DNA from: a virus
IMG/VR virus record: IMGVR_UViG_3300040959_000769
Location: 1 to 64,000 of that record
Direction: 5' to 3' (one strand)
DNA length: 64,000 nucleotides
Of this stretch, positions 53,624 to 62,100 are shown one piece after another (the first letter of the stretch is position 1; the number at the start of each line of letters is the position of its first letter). A program made the position numbers and the translations under genes. The notes under the pieces are model-generated. The model was not told the origin of the DNA, ran no database searches, and worked only from the letters and a program-made list of their open reading frames with translations.

Positions 53624-55678
53624 TTATTTCCTCCCCCCTCGGGATGAAGATTTTGATTTGCTCACACCTCCAGCGGAACCACCGCCAGAAGTAGGGATAA
53701 CGACGGCAATTGTTGTTACCGCAGTGATGACGCGACGTGTTCCCACGTCAACTAGAGAGTCCTGAGGCACATAGTCGTCAAATCCGCCTTCGAAGATGTT
53801 GACTTCTTCCTCAAATGTCTCTTTGATCTCTTTAGATTCATCTGAAAGCTCTTTGGCGATAGCTTGTTTCACGCCGTCGTCAAGCGTTTCAAAGTTTTCA
53901 GATTGAACGATCTCGGTGATTTCTTCAACAGAGACTTCGCCGTCCAGAACGTGGGCTACGTCTTCGGCGAGTTCTTGATCTTCAATCTTTGAAATCAGGA
54001 GAACTTCGTCAGGCTCAACGTTCTTCAGATCCTCAATATCCAGAACCCCTTCTTCTGGTTCTGTCTGAATTACAACGTCATCAGGTAGCAGAGCCAGGTT
54101 TTCTGGAACGGTAGTAGGCGTCGGCGCTACGGTGGTCGTCGGGCTCGTCGTTGCAGGCAGGACAGTTGAGGTGGTCGTAGACGACGACGTCGTTGTCGGT
54201 GGCAACGATGTAGTGGTGGTTGTAGTTGGAGCGGTAGTGGTAGGTGCGACTGTCGTTGTTGTTGGCGGCGCTGTTGATGTGGTGGTTGTCGTGGAAGTGC
54301 TCGTAGTTGGGGGAACCGTAGTCGTCGAAGTAGTTGTTGATGGCGGCACCTCCGTTGTAGTCGTCGTTGTAGACGTTGTGGTGGGTATGGTTGTTGTAGA
54401 TGTTGTGGAAGTCGTTGTTGTTGGCGGCAGCGTTGTCGTTGTTGTCGTCGTTGATGTTGTGGTGGTTGTTGTCGTTGTCGTTGTGGTTGTTGTGGTTGTC
54501 GTTGGTGGCGGTGGTGCTGAAACCTCAATTTCCATCGTTTCACCGATGTGGCAGTCCCCTTCAGAACCACACGCCAGAATATTAAAATATTTAACACCAC
54601 TACCAATATCTTCGTATGCAACTGTGTAAGAAGTTTGAGAAAAAGTCCCAGTGCTGGAGATAGCACCTTCGTCTTCTAGTTCCCACATGTTCCCGGTGTC
54701 GTTCCAAGCGATTTGGTAATGAGATGGATCCACAAATCCGTCGGAAGAAGCGTCCCAACTAAACGTCAGATCCCCGGTCGCTCTGTCCACCACGTACGTT
54801 TGGTTGTCAACAACGTCGGGCATGTTCATGATTGTCGTTGACTGGACAGGCGTCCAGGAGGAGTACCTGGCTTCCGTGTCATTATCTGATCTGATAGCTA
54901 CGTTAAATAGCCCGTGAGCCTCGTTGAAAAGAGTTTCTATATATGAGGCGTCAAATGTGTATGCGGTGTTCAATGCGTTTTCGTCACCGACATTTCCCGT
55001 CGCCACTCCGTATGGACCGGCGTTGCCGTCATCGTTGAGACCAAATCCGATTGCGTATCGTTCAGGATCGAGTGTGCCACTGGTTGGTGCATCCCAGTCG
55101 GCGGTAACGGTTCCGTTGAAGTAGTCAACGGTCAGGGTGAGGTTTGTTGGTGCTCCGATTGTTTGCGGAACAGTTGTGGTCGTCGTCGTGGTCGTCGTGG
55201 TCGGTGTTCCACCAGTCAACTGAACATCTGTAATGACAAGTTCATAATCACTTGTCCCCCACTCGGGCGTGTTCCCAAGCCCTAACTGCTCAGGGTAATA
55301 TCCTGCGCGTAGGCGGTAGTCGCCAGCGTCCAGCGTCGTGTAAATCTTCGACGACACGCACTGGTCTTGATCGTTGAAGTTGCCGTCGTCGTCGTATGCG
55401 ATCAGTGTGTCTTTGTCGTCATACAACCATAGGTGTGGGTCAACTGTTGCCTCTTCGCACGACTGGTTACTGTTGCCGTAGATGACGACATCAGTGCCGT
55501 CCTGCTCAACTTCAAAGTACCAGTCGGATTCCTCGGTGACCGTGTAGGACGAGGCGTTGGCGGTAGGGGTGCCAGAAATAAACGCCAATATTGCTACAGG
55601 CGCAAATATTCCCCAAATCCCACGACGCCTATTACGAGACAAAAGCCCACCTCCACATAAATAATAGCAGGGAGTCAA
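53624..55678 (-). CDS. Secreted protein with PPC-like and FN3-like domains, long poly-Thr linker, acidic C-terminal region (start may be TTG near 55642)
   Basis: RRR-hydrophobic-ANA signal; DPHLWLYD..LIAYDDDG..LDAGDYRLRAG; APTNLTLT..TADWDAP; T-rich 54130-54510. Confidence 0.75.
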   Translation of the reverse strand: MTPCYYLCGGGLLSRNRRRGIWGIFAPVAILAFISGTPTANASSYTVTEESDWYFEVEQDGTDVVIYGNSNQSCEEATVDPHLWLYDDKDTLIAYDDDGNFNDQDQCVSSKIYTTLDAGDYRLRAGYYPEQLGLGNTPEWGTSDYELVITDVQLTGGTPTTTTTTTTTTVPQTIGAPTNLTLTVDYFNGTVTADWDAPTSGTLDPERYAIGFGLNDDGNAGPYGVATGNVGDENALNTAYTFDASYIETLFNEAHGLFNVAIRSDNDTEARYSSWTPVQSTTIMNMPDVVDNQTYVVDRATGDLTFSWDASSDGFVDPSHYQIAWNDTGNMWELEDEGAISSTGTFSQTSYTVAYEDIGSGVKYFNILACGSEGDCHIGETMEIEVSAPPPPTTTTTTTTTTTTTTTTSTTTTTTTLPPTTTTSTTSTTTIPTTTSTTTTTTEVPPSTTTSTTTVPPTTSTSTTTTTSTAPPTTTTVAPTTTAPTTTTTTSLPPTTTSSSTTTSTVLPATTSPTTTVAPTPTTVPENLALLPDDVVIQTEPEEGVLDIEDLKNVEPDEVLLISKIEDQELAEDVAHVLDGEVSVEEITEIVQSENFETLDDGVKQAIAKELSDESKEIKETFEEEVNIFEGGFDDYVPQDSLVDVGTRRVITAVTTIAVVIPTSGGGSAGGVSKSKSSSRGGRK
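54130..54510 (-). repeat. Low-complexity Thr-codon repeat region
   Basis: GTT/GTC/GTG/GTA triplet runs on + strand encoding poly-Thr. Confidence 0.85.
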
Positions 55679-55702
55679 ATAGTGCTATGTCCATAAAAGA
55701 GA

Positions 55703-55735
55703 AAACCCCCCGGCTCCGAAGAGCCGAGGGGCAAT
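55703..55735 (-). terminator. Terminator after the capsid gene
   Basis: AAAACCCCCCGGCTC-CGAA-GAGCCGAGGGG. Confidence 0.65.
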
Positions 55736-55754
55736 CTCTACTGAGTGTTTATGT

Positions 55755-57116
55755 TCAGCTGGTGGGGGCTGCGTCAAACGAAACCTTGACGAATGCCTCC
55801 GGACGCTTCACCGCGAGGGCGAGGCGCTGCTCAGCAAGGACGACGATCGCGTTGCGAACGAAGAAGTCCGAGTGCTGCTCGCTGATACGGATGCTGGCCT
55901 GCTCACGGTCATACAACTGTGCGCCGGTTCCGAACGCTCCGACGAGAGCGGTGCCCTCGGCGATAGCAGGAGTCTCAATGACGGGGATCCGCCAGATGCG
56001 AGGCTCGCCACCCATGGCGACGGAGACAGCAACGAGGTACTGACCGTTGGCGTCCTTCGACAACTCAATCTCTTCCCAGTCGTTCGGGTGCATCACGACG
56101 CCGGTTGGCTCGTAGTACGAAAGGAACGAGAGGGTAGCGGCACGACGGATCGCATCAACCTTCTTATCGGTGAGGGCTGCGTTTGAAGCGTCGTAGTTGC
56201 CGTCAGACCAGTTGTAGGTCTGGATGTCGCTGGTCTGGAGGATACCGGTGAGGTTCTCACCAGTTCCGTCACCGTTGAGGAGCTGATCGTCCTCTTCAAG
56301 ACGGAGACCGTACATGAGCTCGTTGTCGATGATCGAGCGGAGTTGCGGCTCGTCAGCGAGAACGTTGCGGTGTGCGGCTTCCCAGTGAGCCAACGTGCGG
56401 ACAGGAGCCTGCTCGCCGATGAACTGCATCGAGGACTGCGGCTTCAAGTGGAAGTCCGAGCCGTTACGCTCAGCAACCGACGAAGCAGCGTTGACCGCAG
56501 AAGTGCCGGGGGTGGTGAACCCGATCATGCGGAAGTACTCGATGACCGCAGCGGTGGTGGTGCGAGCCGGGAACAGGTCGCGAACGCGACGGGTCCGGGT
56601 CGGCTGGTCCACAATCGGATCGCGCTGGATAGCGCCGAATGAACCAGGGGTACCGCTGGGGAGCGCCGAGTAGACGTCCTTGACGTTGTAACCGGTGAAG
56701 TCAGAGGTCTTGAGCTGCCAAGGCGACGGCATGTTCGCACCGTTACGACCCTGATTGAGGCTCTTGAACTCCTCCGAGGCAATGAAGAGCTCGCCGAGAG
56801 ACTTGGCGCTTGCACCCTTGCGGACGGCGTCGGCAACCTCGGTGGCGAACGCCTGGGCGTCAGCCTTCATGGCAACCGAGTCGGCGGCAGGAGCTTCGCT
56901 CCAACGCTCAACTTCGCGCATTCCCTCAATGCCCTCAATGAGGCTCTTGATTTCCTTGATGTCGGTCATGTTCTTGTCGAACGCCGACTTCTGCTCAGCA
57001 GTTACCTGCATGACGCCGTCTTCCATCTTGAAAGAATCGGCGATTTCCTTGTTGTCAGCCATCTTCTGGCGGAGTGCGCCTTGAAGTTCGCTGAGACGTG
57101 ATTCGTCTACTGACAT
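55755..57116 (-). CDS. Major capsid protein, HK97 fold, with N-terminal coiled-coil delta domain
   Basis: VRDLFP, TLAHW..VLADEPQLRSIIDNELMYGL...QLLNGDG, VMHPNDW, FVRNAIVVLAEQRLALAVKRPEAF. Confidence 0.93.
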   Translation of the reverse strand: MSVDESRLSELQGALRQKMADNKEIADSFKMEDGVMQVTAEQKSAFDKNMTDIKEIKSLIEGIEGMREVERWSEAPAADSVAMKADAQAFATEVADAVRKGASAKSLGELFIASEEFKSLNQGRNGANMPSPWQLKTSDFTGYNVKDVYSALPSGTPGSFGAIQRDPIVDQPTRTRRVRDLFPARTTTAAVIEYFRMIGFTTPGTSAVNAASSVAERNGSDFHLKPQSSMQFIGEQAPVRTLAHWEAAHRNVLADEPQLRSIIDNELMYGLRLEEDDQLLNGDGTGENLTGILQTSDIQTYNWSDGNYDASNAALTDKKVDAIRRAATLSFLSYYEPTGVVMHPNDWEEIELSKDANGQYLVAVSVAMGGEPRIWRIPVIETPAIAEGTALVGAFGTGAQLYDREQASIRISEQHSDFFVRNAIVVLAEQRLALAVKRPEAFVKVSFDAAPTS

Positions 57117-57261
57117 TGTTCCTACTCCTCGTAGAGTTGTGGTTGGGTTTTCTGGATGTTGTTTAGGACATCTAGGCTCAGGTAAGCACCCAGCCACTTG
57201 CTGTCTTGATTTACATGATAAACGATTGACATTTGCATCTAGTGGAACTAGATACTTTTAG

Positions 57262-58371
57262 TTAAAAATCCGCCTCGTTGATATGACGCAAACTTTTTGA
57301 TCCACCCTTGCGAGGATGACCCTTTGGAAGCAGATCGTTATCAGTCGTGTAGCGAGAATTACGTGGTTTACCTTTATCTAACAGGTACAAAAATGCGTTC
57401 ACCCGAGCAAATGCCCAACGGGAACGAGTCATTCCCGGTCGATGGGAAGAAGAAAACGCTCCTGCTCCACGACGCCAAACCGACTTCAAGCGACCAAGAC
57501 TCGCCATCGTGTGCTGCGGTTTGTTCTTCTTACGCATCTTCTCGTTATGTTCTTTGACCTTATTACGCAATGCGTTGATGGTTTCATCGCTCAGAGTAAT
57601 TTTGGAAGCAGACGACGCCGAACTAGCACTCCCCTTCGGATTCCGAGACGAACCACTGATTCTTTCACTAGGCAAAGCCGGAGTTGCTGCGGCACGGTCA
57701 GAGCGAGCCTTTCGGACTTTCTTAACCTGAGTCAAAGAAGAATCATTTAGATCCTTCTGAAGAGATTCTAGTTCTCCCAGCAAACTGTTATCCGTTGTTT
57801 CTTTGCGAGACAAACGACGCAATCGGCGGAGCAAGCGACGTTCGGCACGTTCGCGATCACGCCGAGCCTGCGGTCCGACACCTGTCCGACGCCGATAATC
57901 AGACATATTCGTGCAAGGAGTCCATACAACATCACCATCTGGGGTTTGGCGACGCGCAATACCAACGCACCCCAACTGCCGAGACCGTAAACGGGCACCA
58001 TCCGGAGAGGTAAAAACATCAGGGTCACCTAAGCGAGGCTTTGCTCGACCGTATAGAAATCCCTTCACGGCTTTACCGCCAACACCAGTGCCAGAAACAA
58101 GACCGCCACCAGGAAGGGTGTCAATGCTTCCGACACCTCCTTCGCCTAGCTCTTCCCAGTCTTTTCCACGCTTTTTGCGGCGACGACGTTTCTTCTCAGG
58201 CTCAACAATCATTGACTTTTTCTGTGGTTCTGCCCGTTCCGACAGTCGCATTAGTTCTTCAGGCGACTTGCAAGGCATCCAGACGCCGTCGTCGTTCTGA
58301 TGAACACCGGAACAGCCCATGTAGCGAGCCATCCGGTAAGCCATTTTCTTTGGATCCTCTTGCTTAGCCAT
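57262..58371 (-). CDS. Head-module basic protein with two GCxG..WxPC modules and a RRGAGAF..SHRPG..WA.ARVNAFL domain
   Basis: Motifs read directly; directly upstream of the capsid gene. Confidence 0.7.
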   Translation of the reverse strand: MAKQEDPKKMAYRMARYMGCSGVHQNDDGVWMPCKSPEELMRLSERAEPQKKSMIVEPEKKRRRRKKRGKDWEELGEGGVGSIDTLPGGGLVSGTGVGGKAVKGFLYGRAKPRLGDPDVFTSPDGARLRSRQLGCVGIARRQTPDGDVVWTPCTNMSDYRRRTGVGPQARRDRERAERRLLRRLRRLSRKETTDNSLLGELESLQKDLNDSSLTQVKKVRKARSDRAAATPALPSERISGSSRNPKGSASSASSASKITLSDETINALRNKVKEHNEKMRKKNKPQHTMASLGRLKSVWRRGAGAFSSSHRPGMTRSRWAFARVNAFLYLLDKGKPRNSRYTTDNDLLPKGHPRKGGSKSLRHINEADF

Positions 58372-58711
58372 CTTTTTTCCTCTTCGCGTTATCAAAGTTG
58401 CGTGAGGACAACTTGTTAAACATGTCGTCCGCCATTTCTTTGCCTTCGCCTTCATAGTCAACGACAAAGGATTGTGCGGTGTAGCCAGGAGCGGCTGGTG
58501 TGTACTCGTCAAAAATCATGCGAGCAGCATCTTCGGACTCTTTAGCAGTCAAAGCCGCGAAAGTGTTCCTGAGTGAAGTTGCCTGCATTGAACCACCCAT
58601 CGTTAGTTCATTGCCGACGATTTTGACTTCACCGTCATTATAAATGAAAACTGTTTGCGGAATTTGTTCACCGTTCTTGACGAGGTCAAAATACAGAAGA
58701 GCTTTCTTCAC
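58364..58711 (-). CDS. Hypothetical protein
   Basis: 115-aa ORF in the head operon. Confidence 0.65.
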   Translation of the reverse strand: MKKALLYFDLVKNGEQIPQTVFIYNDGEVKIVGNELTMGGSMQATSLRNTFAALTAKESEDAARMIFDEYTPAAPGYTAQSFVVDYEGEGKEMADDMFNKLSSRNFDNAKRKKDG

Positions 58712-58716
58712 TTAAA

Positions 58717-59157
58717 TCACTCTTCCTCGTCGTCAGGGGTACGAATAAAATCAACATAGGCTTTAACCGACTTGCGGTGTTTAGCAGGAACCGGCAAAGA
58801 CGCAAGATCTGATCGATCAAACTTCCGGACATGAATCAAGCCGTGGTACAAGGTGGGCACAGCGATGCGCTTATCGTCCATGTACACGGTGCCATCCAAA
58901 ATGATCGGATGAACACGAGAGCCATCCGACACCGACATCATCTTGTCGTCACCCATATTAATGAAAGAAACCATCATTGGAGTTTCGTAGTCAGACAGCC
59001 ACTTACGATTATCTGAAGTAGTTCCAGATAAAACGACAGGTCCAGCGATGACAACACCGGCTGACTTCATTTCATCGGTCAGGTACTTGTCCATGACGTC
59101 AAAATCCTTGAAGGTTTCTTCGCCAACCTTTACCCAAACCGGGATTTGGCGCATCAT
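58717..59157 (-). CDS. Hypothetical protein
   Basis: Coupled (ATGA) to the giant upstream gene. Confidence 0.65.
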   Translation of the reverse strand: MMRQIPVWVKVGEETFKDFDVMDKYLTDEMKSAGVVIAGPVVLSGTTSDNRKWLSDYETPMMVSFINMGDDKMMSVSDGSRVHPIILDGTVYMDDKRIAVPTLYHGLIHVRKFDRSDLASLPVPAKHRKSVKAYVDFIRTPDDEEE

Positions 59158-62100
59158 GCGATGATCCCTTCTGCTTTCAAACGACTAAGCAACTTCTGGT
59201 AAGCTGCATCCGCTTCCGCCGGAGTGACAACTATGTCAGAAACTGGGACGCCGTCAATTTCGGTAATACCAATCGCCTGCAAATTTTGAATCACAGAACT
59301 AGCAGTACTTGTGACATAGATTGACGACGACGCTGGGACGCTATCCCGAACCATCATCTGGTTACCGCCAGCAGTGGCTTGGAACGCTTTATCGTGACCC
59401 CATCGAGCATTCAACTCGCCCCAAGCATCATTTTGCTGGGTGTACATGTCGGCATACGCCATCATCAACTCTGGTGGCGTATAAACCTTTCCATTACTGT
59501 ACGAACCAGCAGAAGTCTCAGAGGTAGTACCCAAAAACACATAGTCAGCGCTACCTTTGTTCTTAGCGTCTGCCGCTGATGAGCCACCCGCTTTGCCAAT
59601 GCCTCCGTTGAAGCGAGTCGTTGTTGAACCCAAAGACCCAGTTGCCAAAATTGACAAGAATTTTTCGTCAACTGATGAGTCAGACTTGTACATCACATCG
59701 TGATACAACGGACCAAGTTTGTACTTCTCTTTCAGTTTCTTTGCATCCTCCGGAGAAAACATAACTTTCAACTCGCCAGTAGTTGTCGGTCGCATTGAGA
59801 TACCCTCTGGGTCAATACCGGCTTTAGTCAAGGCATCAAGCATGTCGTCAATGTCCTCATTGCCAGTCAGATTTGATGCACCCAACACTGCGCGACCGGC
59901 AGTCATAACGCCATAATTGCGAACATCCTCCGGTGTTGGATTGCCATGGTTCTTGACACCCAAGTTTGAAAGAGCCGACGTCACGTTTGCATCATTGAGT
60001 ACGTCATCCGACTTTCCGGGCAAAATGACCGAATACGTCGCATGGTACGAAGATTTAGTATTAGACGTTTTTGTCGCCAAAATGACAGTGCCATCAGGCA
60101 TCACTTTCCGATACGTCATTACATCTTCATCACCAGGGGAGGTCTTCGGGTTGTTGAAGTTGAAACTCTTGGATTCGCCTGCCTTGGCTCCAAGTTGGGT
60201 TGAGTACCGAGCAGTTGCTTTGCCCTGAACCAAGTACGTCCAGCCATTTGCTTCAGGATTTTCAAGTTCTGACTGCATCTTGGCGTGAGCGTCACCACGG
60301 AGTTTCAAGTTGAGCATCGTTGCGATCTTGCCAGAACCACCAACATTTCCATCCGCATCAGGCATCCCAGTGGTCTTGATGTCTTGGGCTCGAACAGCGA
60401 AACCTTCAATATCTTCGCCGTCCCACAACATGACGTGCCCAAAGTTACGTGTACCAGACTTGGCTTTCATTTTCTCAACCGCTGTAGCAGCAGGGCTATC
60501 ACCCTGATTCACTGCAAATTTCTTGACTGCTGGTCCACCAGTGAGAATGTCAGAAATCTCTTCTTGGCTGTAGCCAGCCTTCGCCAAAGCAGATGTGGTC
60601 ATGGCATCCCAGTCAAGGTTTGACTGTTTCGTCTTCAAGTACGCGATGTGCTTGTCTAGGCGCTGCACATCCTCGTTACCGACGACGTTCCCGGACGTCA
60701 ACTTGGCTTTCAAAGCGGAATCCATGTCCAACTTTGCAACCTTCCGTGACGCCTTGTTGAGAGCGTTTGCCCATTTCTCTTTCTCTTCAGGAGACAACTT
60801 GGCAACAAGACCCATGAGGTCAACGTTGTCGCCCTTCGTGACCTTCGTGAAGCCAGCGCCTTGTTCTGCACCTGAACCACCCCAGTCACGGAAAGCATTA
60901 CCGTGGTCAATCGGATGCAGATTCCACTTACCGTCAGACCCTTTAACTACAAACATGTTGCCGGGCGTGCGATCAAAGTAGTTCATTGTCCTGTCAAGAA
61001 CCATCATCCGAGCAATTGATTCTCCGGTCAACTGCGCATCCGCAGGGATCTGATGGAGAGACTTGACCTCATTATTGGGGAACTGGTTCTCAAGGTGTTC
61101 AATGACCATTGTTCGACCGCGACCCTGGGTGACACCTTCCGCAGATTGCTGTGGACCAGGGAGGTTCGTGTCTTTTACTGCTGAACCAAATCGGATACCA
61201 GCAGTTGGGAACCCGAGTTCGTTCGCCAAGTGCGCCCCAAGAGCTTCTTGGATGTGACCCATGTGGTTGCGATCTTCGGTTTTGATGATGTACTTCTTGC
61301 CTGTCACTGAATCAACAACAGCGAAGTTGTCGGGGTTGAATCCTTGAGTGATCGCAAATGGCTGGAACCTCTTGTTCTCGCCGAGGTTGGCAACAATTGA
61401 GTCCTTCAAGAAATCGTCTGGGACTTGAGACAAAGCGCCACCCGTGGAAACATGCGTTGCAGCGTCTTCAACGTCAAAGAGTCCGGCGTTGCCAACTGGG
61501 ATTGTTTGTGCGACAGCGTCACCAGTGTCAGATGTTGAACCGAGAAGAACAGGATCAAAATCTGGAGTGGAAAGCATTCCAGAGCCGGTGTTTTTGTCGG
61601 ATGGTTTTGACTGCACATCTTTGATGTTCAGCATTCCCTGCTTGAAGGCTAAGCGCTTGTCCTCTGGGACAAAGTCGGCGTACTTCTTAAGTTCTTGATA
61701 GACAAGTTTCTTCTCGCTGTCAGGAAGTGAAGGATCTGACATTCGAGCAGACAGCGCAGCGATGTACTTGTTACGAGCAGTGCTTACATCACGCATAGCG
61801 CGCAACTTCAAGATCTCGTCGTTAGCAGCACCAAGTTTGTCAGTTGCTGCGTCAAGATCGGATGCGGCGACATCAATAGCGTCCTGCAACGAGTTTGTTC
61901 CAGTTGCTTGCAGGATCTGAGTTACAAGGTTTTGATCGCTTGGGTTGTCAATGCCTGTTTGGAGTATCTGAAGACTTTCCTTGTCTCCGTTGGCACGGAG
62001 AATGTAGGTCTTGTAAATCTCACCCAATGCAGAGTTCGGGTTGTTTTTACCAGTCAGGTTTTGGAGGACGTCAATCTGTTCCTGAGCGGAAAGATCGTAG

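Noticed and set aside
54130..54510. Regular repeats that could look like a CRISPR array or VNTR
   Set aside because: They are in-frame Thr codons with no constant repeat/unique spacer pattern; the same applies to 50770-50960. No cas genes are present
55755..57197. ORF-track start of the capsid gene at 57197 (and extended starts for 43824-44375, 44766-45470, 57262-58512, 27734-28264)
   Set aside because: Downstream ATGs with SD or ATGA coupling (57116, 44183, 45236, 58371, 28159) fit better; the extensions are low-complexity or overlap neighbours
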